DNA of 52,611 nucleotides, from the NCBI GenBank assembly GCA_030433295.1, contig JAUIMJ010000002.1, positions 1-52,611 on the forward strand. Direction: 5' to 3'. This stretch comes from a bacterium (lineage in GTDB: Bacteria; Bdellovibrionota_C; UBA2361; SZUA-149). Positions 11,062 to 20,118 of this stretch are shown here, piece after piece (the first letter of the stretch is position 1; every line of letters starts with the position of its first letter). Position numbers and translations under genes: made by a program. Under the pieces are notes generated by a model. That model had not been told where the DNA came from and made no database searches. It was given only the letters and a program-made list of their open reading frames with translations.

Positions 11062-11829
11062 ATGAACAACGAGGCAACGACAGTAGGTGACGTCGAAGAA
11101 GAGTTGGAAGACTTCCAGGATGAACTGGATGAGCTAGACCTTCTTACCAGCGCCCCAAAAGCCGACATTTCAAAAACTGCGAAAGCCTTCAACACCCGCA
11201 TCCAAAGAAAGACGCGGGAAAAGAAAGAAGCCGTAGGTGTTGCCGAGAAAGCCGCTCAGAATCGGCAGACGGTGATGCTGCAATCTATGATGCAAATCCG
11301 TAAATCCATGCGAGAAGTAACGCGCATCGATCTCGGGGACCGCTTCATGTTTCAATTTGTCGCTGATGACAGCGGCGGATGGCCTCGCCTGAGCATAAAG
11401 CTAAAAGACCGCGAATACATCAACGAGGACTACCCGGGGTTTGCAGTAATCTGTCACGACAGACAGGCTAAAGCTGAGATAGAAATCACCTATCACCCTC
11501 TGGAGAAGCCAGAGAGAATTCATCTTGTCGAAGAGACTCAGGTAAAGCGACTGCCTCTGATCCTTCGCAAATGCGTGCGCGTCTATCTCGATATGGTAGC
11601 TGATATCGTTCTTGAAGCGGTTGGAAAACCCACGGACACTGAAGACGAAGAGCTCATGAGGCAGAGAAACTCGGACAGCTTTAATGAAAAGTCAAAGCAG
11701 GAGGAGCACCCGCATTCTCTTTCAGCCGATCTATACGAGGACGACTTCGGAAACGACGAGATACTCGAAACACTCCCCTCACTTGGCGACGTCGAAGATA
11801 TCGGGCGCCTCGATGGTTTTGAAGACTAG
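11062..11829 (+). CDS. Hypothetical acidic cytoplasmic protein with N-terminal coiled coil
   Basis: Long ORF with protein-like composition. ATG at 11062 preferred over GTG at 10990. Confidence 0.7.
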   Translation: MNNEATTVGDVEEELEDFQDELDELDLLTSAPKADISKTAKAFNTRIQRKTREKKEAVGVAEKAAQNRQTVMLQSMMQIRKSMREVTRIDLGDRFMFQFVADDSGGWPRLSIKLKDREYINEDYPGFAVICHDRQAKAEIEITYHPLEKPERIHLVEETQVKRLPLILRKCVRVYLDMVADIVLEAVGKPTDTEDEELMRQRNSDSFNEKSKQEEHPHSLSADLYEDDFGNDEILETLPSLGDVEDIGRLDGFED

Positions 11830-11872
11830 AGCACTTTCTTAGCTCCTCGACGCAGCTGCCTGCGCTTGGCAA

Positions 11873-12301
11873 TCACTGCTCCAGCAAATCATCGAGAATG
11901 TCGTTTGCCGTGAGCTGCCGCTTCGGAGTCCAGGCATTCTCCCAGGTCGCTGAGAACACCTCATAGTCTGAAAGACCGGTCTCCTTAATCAGCGCAAGAT
12001 TCTGTCGACTCGCAAGCTCTCCTGCATCACTCCAGGACGTCACTCGACCTTTAGAAAATATGAGAATTGAACTGCCGTATTTCCAGGTGCCGGAGACACG
12101 CGCATCACCGCGTCTCGCATCCGGTTCCCCAAAGCGGCGCATGACCTGCGAGGCGCGCAGACCCTTTATCCCCCGAAGGCCTTGCATCGCCGGCAGGCGT
12201 GTATCCTGCGCAAGGGCACAAAGGGGCAGCAGGAACTGAAGAAATAAGAGACTCGCTAAAAATAATCGCATAGAAGCAAACATCGACTTTGGTGCGTACA
12301 C
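11873..12301 (-). CDS. Hypothetical exported protein
   Basis: Signal peptide (ALA-QD). V-xxx-FGEPD...WKYG...FSKGRVTSW resembles a BamE/SmpA-like fold. Confidence 0.6.
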   Translation of the reverse strand: MYAPKSMFASMRLFLASLLFLQFLLPLCALAQDTRLPAMQGLRGIKGLRASQVMRRFGEPDARRGDARVSGTWKYGSSILIFSKGRVTSWSDAGELASRQNLALIKETGLSDYEVFSATWENAWTPKRQLTANDILDDLLEQ

Positions 12302-12472
12302 AGTATCAGAAACTATAATTAAATTTTCCTCACTTGTCAGATGCTGTAATCCAAATTCTCGCTTCAGCTTTGGTCCCGCATGACTCTCTACGGCCGCTAA
12401 GCCCCTGAGAACATACGACTATTGCACGAAGAAACAACTACGGATCTGCACGCGGAGTAGCCGGAATACCGC

Positions 12473-14053
12473 ATGATTAAATACGTCCAATGGGATATGC
12501 TCAGCCCGCACTTTAGTAAAGCCGATAGCGTCTCAAACCCATTGATGTCCCACAGCAAAAACGAAATATGCTCAATCCCCTTTGTTTCGCGCGTGCGGGA
12601 AATCTCTCCTGCATTTCTCACGCAGGAAAACTTTTCCTTCTACGGCCACGTACTACTTCTTCTCTATTGCCTTAGCGCAGCCTTATCGATTGCTCTTGCC
12701 CAGATTTTTGTCGTCGCCCTGATTCTTTTCTGGGCCGCAAGAAACCTATGCTTTGATGACACCCCACTTCAGAAAGCCGTATCTCAGCAAACAATGGCCG
12801 GAGCACTGAGTCGCTTCTCTACTCCCCTGGCAGCCTGGTTATGTACCTGTGCAGTTGCCTCCGTGGTCGGTATCAATTTTCTCCGCTCCCTGCCTGAAGT
12901 AGGAAAAACGGTTCTCTTTCTTTTGTTTCCCTTTGCGGTATTCGATTTACTCTGCGGCAAAGAGCAAAAAATAGGCGAAACGCTGGGACGCATCCGCATG
13001 TATATCCTCTTTCTCTGTATTGGATTTGCCCTTTCTTCCTTCCATACCGTTGTGGAAACAACACTCGGAAGAAGTATCTCTCCACGAATACCGGGGGCTG
13101 TGACCGAGTCAGGACAGCTGGCCCTTCTCATTCCTCTTGTCGTGAGTATGCTCATATTCCTCGCACGTGATCCGCGCTCTACGTCCACACAGAACAAAAG
13201 GCTGATACTGGCTCCGGTCCTATTTGCAATACTGATCGGAATCGCCTGGCCTCTTTTGCCGGGAGCCGCTGCCCATCTCGTCCGGAGCGGCGCGTTCCTC
13301 GCTCTTATTGCCCTGCTTGTGCTCTCATATTTTTGGATTCGCGAGTCCGGCAAGGCGTCGAAAGAGGCGATTTTGCGCCTCTCCAGTAACAACAATGCAT
13401 TGCTGCTTGGGCTCTTTAGCGCCGTCCTGTTTGCTGCCCTGGTCCTCAACTTAAAGCGCGGCCCATGGGTTGCCGTTTTTCTTGTCTTACTTCTTCTTGG
13501 TGCCCTTACCTCCCGTCGGCTTCTCTTTTTAAGCGTTCTAAGTGCGGGACTGATCATGACCCTCGCTCCTGCGCGAGAGCGCATGCTTTCTCTCGTCGAT
13601 CATTTCATGATCCACGGGGGCAGAAGCAGCATGTGGCAGCTCGGAGCTGAAATAGCGGGCAGGTTCCCGCTTGGTCTCGGACCGGATAACGCAGCACATA
13701 TGCGAATACTGGATCCTACGCTGCCACTGCTCCATCGACACATGCACAACAATCTGCTGAATATAGCAGTGGAAACCGGATGGCTGGGCCTTGCCACTTA
13801 TATCTGGTGGATGGCGGCATCAATGCTTATCGGGCTCTCCGTCTGGAGAAATGCGCGAGCACATCCGGAAATTCGCATGCTATCGCTTGGACTGCTTATG
13901 AGCCTGCTCGCCTGGCAGCTTTCCGGGCTGGTTGAGTATAACTTTGGCGACGGAGAGGTTCGCCTCATTGCCTTCTTCTTCATGGGTCTGCTCATAAGCC
14001 TTGCGCATCTGAGCAGCTCCGCTGGCGAGTTGTCGGATATTCCCAAGAATTAA
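12473..14053 (+). CDS. O-antigen ligase (Wzy_C/WaaL) family protein
   Basis: Many TM helices; KRGPW, R-xx-MW, PLGLGPDN and HMHNNLLNIAVETGWLG motifs; next to GT9 genes. Start uncertain. Confidence 0.88.
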   Translation: MIKYVQWDMLSPHFSKADSVSNPLMSHSKNEICSIPFVSRVREISPAFLTQENFSFYGHVLLLLYCLSAALSIALAQIFVVALILFWAARNLCFDDTPLQKAVSQQTMAGALSRFSTPLAAWLCTCAVASVVGINFLRSLPEVGKTVLFLLFPFAVFDLLCGKEQKIGETLGRIRMYILFLCIGFALSSFHTVVETTLGRSISPRIPGAVTESGQLALLIPLVVSMLIFLARDPRSTSTQNKRLILAPVLFAILIGIAWPLLPGAAAHLVRSGAFLALIALLVLSYFWIRESGKASKEAILRLSSNNNALLLGLFSAVLFAALVLNLKRGPWVAVFLVLLLLGALTSRRLLFLSVLSAGLIMTLAPARERMLSLVDHFMIHGGRSSMWQLGAEIAGRFPLGLGPDNAAHMRILDPTLPLLHRHMHNNLLNIAVETGWLGLATYIWWMAASMLIGLSVWRNARAHPEIRMLSLGLLMSLLAWQLSGLVEYNFGDGEVRLIAFFFMGLLISLAHLSSSAGELSDIPKN

Positions 14054-14130
14054 GCTGTCGCCGACATTGCGACCCTTGCTGCAAGGCATATCACGAAGCA
14101 CCCGGGACTGCCCGCTGTTAGCCAGGGCAC

Positions 14131-15252
14131 CTACTCGGTCAGAAGCTCCTCGATTTGACGAATCACTGAAGGCACCGCCAACATTCGCATACAATCGCTT
14201 TTTGAGGTTCCTGTTGTTCGGCAGCGCTTGTAGTATGGTCGACAGCTACACAGCTCACTGGCAGCCACAACGTTGCCAATTCTCTGAATGCCCGGACGAT
14301 CCTCGAACAGCTTCATGCCGTCTCGACTTACATAGGAAACTCCATCTTTGTACTGCGGCCAGGGTGACCAGGTCTCCAGGGAAGTCGGACCAAAAAGCGC
14401 CAACGTCGGAGTCCCCGCAGCCGCGGCAAGATGAGTCGTCGAGGTATCGGTGCCAATAAACAAGGAAACCGCCCTGAGCAATACCACCAACTCTGAGAAG
14501 CTGAATGTGCCCGCTGCGTTAACGGCTTCAACACCGGCGAGATCGATGATATCGGCTACAAATTCGCGTTCGGCATTGCCCGGGCCACCGCTGAGGATAG
14601 GAACGATACCAGCATCCCTAAGGTAGCGAAGCACCTCTGCCCATGACTCCTTCGGCCACTCTTTATACTCCCCGCCCGGGCGGGGATGAAGCAAGGCCAT
14701 CCGCTGTCCGGTTTCGCTGAGCGAAATTTTTTCAAGCACAGTCGAAAGTGCGGTGCTGCAACTAGGAACTTCAACATCGTACCGCGGCTCGATTCCAATT
14801 GCTTTGGCAATGCGACTGTTTTTTAAAATTGCGTGTTCGTTCTGATGGTAGGGAGCCGTCACGGTGGAAAACAAATATTTCCAGGAACTGGCGAGGGAAT
14901 ATTCGGGAACCAGTGCTGCCCGATAGCGCGCTGCAATAAACTGATACCAGTAGTAGCGGTCTCCGATCGAGTTGGAGACCGCGAGATCATACTTTCGAAA
15001 CAGCCGCCTGTAGAGCGGGCCATTTTTATGTATCTTGGATTTTCTCTTGAAGGGTATGCGCTCTCGGATGCAGGAATTTCCGTGCAGGATCCCCAGGCAC
15101 TCTTCAGGAACAAGCACGTCAATCTCCGCATGCGGATAGGCTTTCTTCAATGTCGACAGCAACGGCGTTGCCAACAGCGCGTCGCCAATTGCGGGCACGG
15201 ATATCAGCAGTATCGATTGTATAGACTCCGGCCTCCAGCGCTTCATTGACAA
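14131..15252 (-). CDS. GT9 LPS heptosyltransferase (RfaQ/WaaQ-like)
   Basis: AIGDALLATP, KEWP, FIGTDTSTTHLAAAAGTPTLALFGPT and WSP motifs; overlaps the waaF stop. Confidence 0.88.
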   Translation of the reverse strand: MSMKRWRPESIQSILLISVPAIGDALLATPLLSTLKKAYPHAEIDVLVPEECLGILHGNSCIRERIPFKRKSKIHKNGPLYRRLFRKYDLAVSNSIGDRYYWYQFIAARYRAALVPEYSLASSWKYLFSTVTAPYHQNEHAILKNSRIAKAIGIEPRYDVEVPSCSTALSTVLEKISLSETGQRMALLHPRPGGEYKEWPKESWAEVLRYLRDAGIVPILSGGPGNAEREFVADIIDLAGVEAVNAAGTFSFSELVVLLRAVSLFIGTDTSTTHLAAAAGTPTLALFGPTSLETWSPWPQYKDGVSYVSRDGMKLFEDRPGIQRIGNVVAASELCSCRPYYKRCRTTGTSKSDCMRMLAVPSVIRQIEELLTE

Positions 15253-16403
15253 TCCCCCAGGCGAAGAACACGAGCACGATCGGCATTTCTTGGAACAACT
15301 TCAGCACGTTCAGAAATGCTCGCAAAGGTGTTTTCCTCAAGCAGGGACACCGAGGCCTCTTCAACGTCCGCGACGGAAATCCTCTCCATGCATTCATGGC
15401 TATGCAGACATATTTCGTTCGAGCACCCCACGCATTGGGTTTCCTCCCGGCGCAGCACCCGCTTTCGCGGGCACCAGGGTGCCGTTTTGACTACATCGGT
15501 CGGCCCGAAAACGGCAACGAGCGGGACATCCAGGGCCGCGGCTGCATGCATGAGTCCCGAGTCATTACTGAGTGCCAGACCGGCGTATGAAAGCAAAGCG
15601 ATCGCTTCTGAGAGCGTGGTTTTTCCCGCAAGGCTCACGGCGGAACAATCGGCAAGGGCTCCGGCTATCTCAGCTCCCAGGGCCTGCTCAAACTCTGCCC
15701 CAAACACCAGCACCCTGGCGTTGTATCGCTTCGCCAGTCTACGGCTGACTTCTATAAAACGAAGCGGCGACCATCGCTTCTGAATTCCCCCTTTAGAACC
15801 AGGAATCACCGCCAGTATTCTCGAATCATCTCCTACGCCCAGATCCCTTAGTTTTTCTCGGGCCAGCTCATCCTGATCCGGGCTGAGCGCAAAAACCAAT
15901 CGATCACTCCCCGGGATCCCGAATCCCTCAATCAGCTTGAGATCGTGCAGGGGGCGGGCCTGATTAAAATCAGATTTTTTGCACTGCACCTTATGGGTAA
16001 GAAACGCACTGCGACCATCAGTCGCATAGCCCATGCGCAGAGGGATGCCCGCCAGGTAAGGGATAAACGCGGACTCGAAAGCCCGGCGAAAGGTAATAGC
16101 GGCCCTGTAGTTTCCCCGTTTTAGCAGGGAAACCAACCTGAGCGCACCCCAGGCGGTGTCTGCAAAATGGATCTTCTTCGCCCGCTGCTCGTAGTGAATA
16201 ATTTCGTCGATATCCGGATTACACTCATACACCGGTATCACCCAGGATTTTGCGATTACCGAAATACGGCTTTGAGGAAATCTGTTTCGCACAGCACGGA
16301 TGGCTGGCGTAGACATTATTGCATCACCAATCCAATTGTTCGATCGGATAACAATTCCCTGCCCCGCTTCTACCTCGAATGGCTGAGTGGAAAGATATTT
16401 CAT
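15243..16403 (-). CDS. waaF: LPS heptosyltransferase II
   Basis: RSNNWIGDAIMSTPA, AGIPLRMGY, KRW and SNDSGLMHAAAALDVPLVAVFGPT motifs. Confidence 0.88.
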   Translation of the reverse strand: MKYLSTQPFEVEAGQGIVIRSNNWIGDAIMSTPAIRAVRNRFPQSRISVIAKSWVIPVYECNPDIDEIIHYEQRAKKIHFADTAWGALRLVSLLKRGNYRAAITFRRAFESAFIPYLAGIPLRMGYATDGRSAFLTHKVQCKKSDFNQARPLHDLKLIEGFGIPGSDRLVFALSPDQDELAREKLRDLGVGDDSRILAVIPGSKGGIQKRWSPLRFIEVSRRLAKRYNARVLVFGAEFEQALGAEIAGALADCSAVSLAGKTTLSEAIALLSYAGLALSNDSGLMHAAAALDVPLVAVFGPTDVVKTAPWCPRKRVLRREETQCVGCSNEICLHSHECMERISVADVEEASVSLLEENTFASISERAEVVPRNADRARVLRLGDCQ

Positions 16404-16544
16404 GTGAGAATCAAACGGTCACACATTGCTGAAAAGATACGGGGAGCGATCCGGATGAAACGACAGGAACCGGAAGGTACGTGTGCTCAGGGGGAAAGTC
16501 GCGCGGACTCTCGTCCGCGCGCATACGCATTGTTCGCTACGTTA

Positions 16545-17768
16545 TTATCCAGCGATCAGCCGCTGCATGGTCTTGATGTCTTCCTCAAGAATGAGAGAAA
16601 TTTCTCTGAGACCCAGACGAATCTTTCGCGCATCGCTGGCGTCATCAAGGCCACGCACACGTCGTCTTAGAACATCCAGAGAAGCTCCCTTAGAGGAAAC
16701 CAAAGCCTGCGGTGAAACGGACACACCTCTTCCTTTTTTCTTCAGTCGATCGATGAAATTCTTTCGTGTCATGATCTGCTTTTGAATCTTCTTTAGCTCT
16801 GCCTTAAGCGATTTTTTCGCCATGGCTATTTCGGTCGGGGTAGAGACCGGAGCAGAGGACCGTATGTCGCTGACGGCCGGCTCTCGCTCTGGCGTTCTCA
16901 AAGCCGCGCGGGCACGAGTCTTTTCGGCCGACGAAGATTGCAGGGAGGCAAGCATTGTTTCCTGCTCCTTCAGGACATCGCGCACCTGCGCAATTTCTGC
17001 GTCCTGCATCGCAATTCGCTCCGCCTGGGAAGCAATCTTTTTCTCAAGCTCAGCCCGCTTAAGATCCAGTGCCTGCTTCTCTTCCATTAATTGTGACTTC
17101 TCAGCAGAAGCCTCGATGAGCTGCCCCTTGATCTTCTCTTCACGGGCTACCGACTTCGCATAGGCTTCAGCAGACGGTCCCTGCATCAGCGCATTCTGTA
17201 GTTCGTTAACCTGGTTCCAGAGCGGATTCTTTGGTGACTGGTAGTCACAGGCAACCTGCTTGGTAACCACTTTTGCAGGAGCTGCGGTTTTTGCATCAGC
17301 AAGCTTCTTCTCCAGATCTGCCATCTTCAGATACAAAGAACTGACGAGGTCGTTACAATTGGGGGCATCCGCAGCATTAGCGGCCATGGTCTTAGCCGGA
17401 GGCAGCTTAGATGAGGTCCGGCCAGTCGGAGGTAGAAGGTCGACCTCCTTGACTGCGGCGCTACCAGGGGCAGCAGATGGCCTGCCCTGCTTCACACGGC
17501 TTAGCTCATCCTCCAGAACTCTAAGCTGACGCTCGAGATCGTCATTGGTAACTTCCAGCTCAGCGATACGATCGACGAGGCGATACCCCTCTTTATCGAT
17601 GCGATATGCACGCCCATCGGGAAGGCGCCCACGCTTGCTGTCCTGGGCGCCGGCCATTGCAGGCAGGAGCAGGGTGCAAAGGACAAATATCAATCCGATG
17701 GAAGGACGGGCACACATGGTGGCTGGAAATGAACGCGGCAGAACACTGCTGGAATTACGGTACAACAT
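16545..17768 (-). CDS. Hypothetical exported coiled-coil protein
   Basis: GGAGGT RBS upstream of ATG 17768; signal peptide (AGA-QD); long heptad-rich segments. Confidence 0.7.
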   Translation of the reverse strand: MLYRNSSSVLPRSFPATMCARPSIGLIFVLCTLLLPAMAGAQDSKRGRLPDGRAYRIDKEGYRLVDRIAELEVTNDDLERQLRVLEDELSRVKQGRPSAAPGSAAVKEVDLLPPTGRTSSKLPPAKTMAANAADAPNCNDLVSSLYLKMADLEKKLADAKTAAPAKVVTKQVACDYQSPKNPLWNQVNELQNALMQGPSAEAYAKSVAREEKIKGQLIEASAEKSQLMEEKQALDLKRAELEKKIASQAERIAMQDAEIAQVRDVLKEQETMLASLQSSSAEKTRARAALRTPEREPAVSDIRSSAPVSTPTEIAMAKKSLKAELKKIQKQIMTRKNFIDRLKKKGRGVSVSPQALVSSKGASLDVLRRRVRGLDDASDARKIRLGLREISLILEEDIKTMQRLIAG

Positions 17769-18059
17769 ACTCTCTATTTACCTCCGACATAGACACACGA
17801 GGGAGTTGGATTAGTCTTCGGATAAACACAATACGCTTGTACCCCAGGACTGCTCCAACGGCTCTTCTCCCGCACAGACGTACGTCCGCGCTCGAAACTA
17901 CCGAGGAGCTTACTACGCTATGGCTTCTGGGCAAAGTCACTTGCCGGCCCGCGTGCCCCGGTGAGCGCCGTATCTAAATCCCCGTGAGCCTCAGGCAGTT
18001 TAGGTATTATTTTAGGGCACTTAAGGCGGGAAAACCTTTGCTCACATCTTGAAACACTC

Positions 18060-18132
18060 CTAGCTGACTAAGAAGATGTTTAGCTAGACAAACAAGTCTT
18101 TAGCTCTCTAAACCTTTACTTAGTCGCCCAAA
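18060..18132. promoter_or_regulatory. Four tandem TTAG-N4-CTAA-like operator boxes (DtxR/MntR type) at 20-bp period
   Basis: cTAGctgaCTAA (18060), TTAGctagACAA (18080), TTAGctctCTAA (18100), TTAGtcgcCCAA (18120), immediately upstream of the DtxR-family gene. Confidence 0.7.
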
Positions 18133-18177
18133 GCATGCTAGTTTCAGCCGTCACACACCACAATTAGGAGGGCGCCC

Positions 18178-18603
18178 ATGGAATCTACAATGGATGTTTG
18201 GAAGGAGTTCAGCGAGAACCCGATTACCCATAGTGCTGCCCACCATCTTCTCGCCATTCTGGAGCTTACCGAGAACCGTGGCTACTCACGGGTCACGGAC
18301 GTCGCTAAGTTTCTTGAGATAACCACCGGAAGCGCAAGCACCAACCTCAAGAACCTGAAGCAGAAAGGCTACGTCATAGAAGACGAGAACCGTTTTCTCA
18401 GCCTCTCAGAGAACGGCAAGCAGATTGCTGAAGCTATCTTGAACCGTCGTCAGATCCTGGAGCGTTTCTTCACCGAGGTCTTGGGAGTCAGTGAGGAGCA
18501 GGCAAGCATCGACGCCTGTAAAACAGAGCACCTGCTCAGCGCTGAAACGACCGGGCGCATGCTCTCCTTCGCTGACGGACAGGCCAAGGCAAAAAAGAAG
18601 TAG
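18178..18603 (+). CDS. mntR: DtxR/MntR family metal-dependent transcriptional regulator (no FeoA domain)
   Basis: HTH RVTDVAKFLEITTGSAS; FFTEVLGV...DACKTEHLLS metal site; AGGAGG RBS. The cognate metal is not determinable from sequence. Confidence 0.9.
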   Translation: MESTMDVWKEFSENPITHSAAHHLLAILELTENRGYSRVTDVAKFLEITTGSASTNLKNLKQKGYVIEDENRFLSLSENGKQIAEAILNRRQILERFFTEVLGVSEEQASIDACKTEHLLSAETTGRMLSFADGQAKAKKK

Positions 18604-18622
18604 TTCAAAACGACGGATCGAT

Positions 18623-20104
18623 TTGAACGACGACGAAAGCAGCAGGAAACAATCGTTTTTCGTAGCGTCCGGCCTGTTCCTGATCGGACTGCCATTCATA
18701 TACATAATTGCCTTCGCTTCCTTCGCCGTGCAGGCGGAGGGACTGTTTGGCGCTGAGGGAATCCTGCCGTTTCGCGGATACCTGGACTCGCTGCGTGAGA
18801 TATACGGCTCGAAATCCTACTGGCTGGCCCCCGGTGTATTCTGGCTCCTCGACAGTGATCGCAGCCTCATTCTCCTTCCGATCGTCGGTGTTCTTTGCTC
18901 CCTGTTCGCCATATTTGCGCGGGGAAGAAAAAGGACCATCGGTCTGGGACTGAGCTGGCTTTTCTATCTCTCCATCGTTTCAATTGGCCGTGATTTCTTT
19001 GCCTTTCAGTGGGATAGCTTGCTACTTGAGGCAGGGTTAATCGCAGTCCTGCTCTCCTCACACGCCAATGGGAGGGATTCCCTGTTCTGGCCCCAGCTTC
19101 TTCTGCGGTTCCTTCTGTTTAAGCTGATGTTTTCCTCAGGTGTGGTTAAAATGCTTAGTGGGGATCTCACCTGGCGCTCTTTCACCGCACTGGAATATCA
19201 CTATCTAAGCCAACCTCTTCCCAATGTGGTCTCATATTATGTGTCCCATATGCCAGCCTGGTTCCACAGGCTGTGCACCGCAAGTGTTCTCGCGATCGAA
19301 CTACTCCTGCCTTTTTTCATTTTCGGAAATCACTACTGTAAACGCATTGCCGCTGTCATATTCATCCTGCTGCAGATTGCTATTCACGTAACGGGCAATT
19401 TTGCATTTTTTAATATGCTCACCATTCTTCTTTGTCTGCTGCTGCTCGACGACGAGATCCTGTCTCGATATGTCGCCCCCGTGAGATCCCTTATTCGCGA
19501 ACTACCGCCGAAAGAGGGCAGGCTGCAAACGGTTCTGAGAAACTATGACTCCTTTATTTTCCTGTTCTTTAGCGTCATCCCCCTCTTCTCCACCCTCCAC
19601 CTCGGCAAAACGGTACCCGAGGCCTTCAGGGATGCTTCCGCCTGGGCTTCACCACTTCGCTCATTCAATTCGTACGGCTTATTTGCCGTCATGACGACGA
19701 AACGTTTCGAACTGGAAATAGAAGGAAGCATGGACGGCAGACAGTGGTTGGCATACCAGCTCCCCTACAAGGTAGCTGAGCTGGAGGACGCCCCCCCACT
19801 GGTCGCCCCTCATCAGCCCCGTCTCGACTGGCAAATGTGGTTTGCTTCTCTGGGCTCGATTCAGCAAAACCATTGGCTCGTTTCGCTGACAAGGCAGCTA
19901 CTGGAAGGCTCCCATTCGGTCGCGTCTTTGTTTGCCCATGACCCCTTCGCCGGAAAGGCGCCAAAATACATCCGCATAGTGCGATACGAATATTTTTTCA
20001 CTAAGCACTTTCAAAAGAAAACCGAAGGGATCTGGTGGAAGAGAAGAATAACAGACCTCTATCTGGAGCCACTCACACTAATGAACTTTGAAACGCCTGA
20101 ATAA
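18623..20104 (+). CDS. Lipase maturation factor (LMF1) family membrane protein
   Basis: FQWDSLLLEAG, FKLMFSSGVVK, SQPLPN, TGNFAFFN, NSYGLFAVMT and APHQPRLDWQMWFA motifs. TTG at 18623 is the likely start; the ORF is open from 18491. Confidence 0.93.
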   Translation: MNDDESSRKQSFFVASGLFLIGLPFIYIIAFASFAVQAEGLFGAEGILPFRGYLDSLREIYGSKSYWLAPGVFWLLDSDRSLILLPIVGVLCSLFAIFARGRKRTIGLGLSWLFYLSIVSIGRDFFAFQWDSLLLEAGLIAVLLSSHANGRDSLFWPQLLLRFLLFKLMFSSGVVKMLSGDLTWRSFTALEYHYLSQPLPNVVSYYVSHMPAWFHRLCTASVLAIELLLPFFIFGNHYCKRIAAVIFILLQIAIHVTGNFAFFNMLTILLCLLLLDDEILSRYVAPVRSLIRELPPKEGRLQTVLRNYDSFIFLFFSVIPLFSTLHLGKTVPEAFRDASAWASPLRSFNSYGLFAVMTTKRFELEIEGSMDGRQWLAYQLPYKVAELEDAPPLVAPHQPRLDWQMWFASLGSIQQNHWLVSLTRQLLEGSHSVASLFAHDPFAGKAPKYIRIVRYEYFFTKHFQKKTEGIWWKRRITDLYLEPLTLMNFETPE

Positions 20105-20118
20105 GCCAGGTACCCGGG

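Noticed and set aside
17780-18000. Possible yybP-ykoY manganese riboswitch near mntR
   Set aside because: The conserved GGGGAGUA and GAGACC/AAGACC elements were not found in the right arrangement on either strand.
18591-18626. In-phase A_AAA_AAG slippery heptamer at the end of mntR, suggesting a frameshift fusion to LMF
   Set aside because: The -1 frame hits TGA at 18624; the LMF ORF is in the +1 frame.
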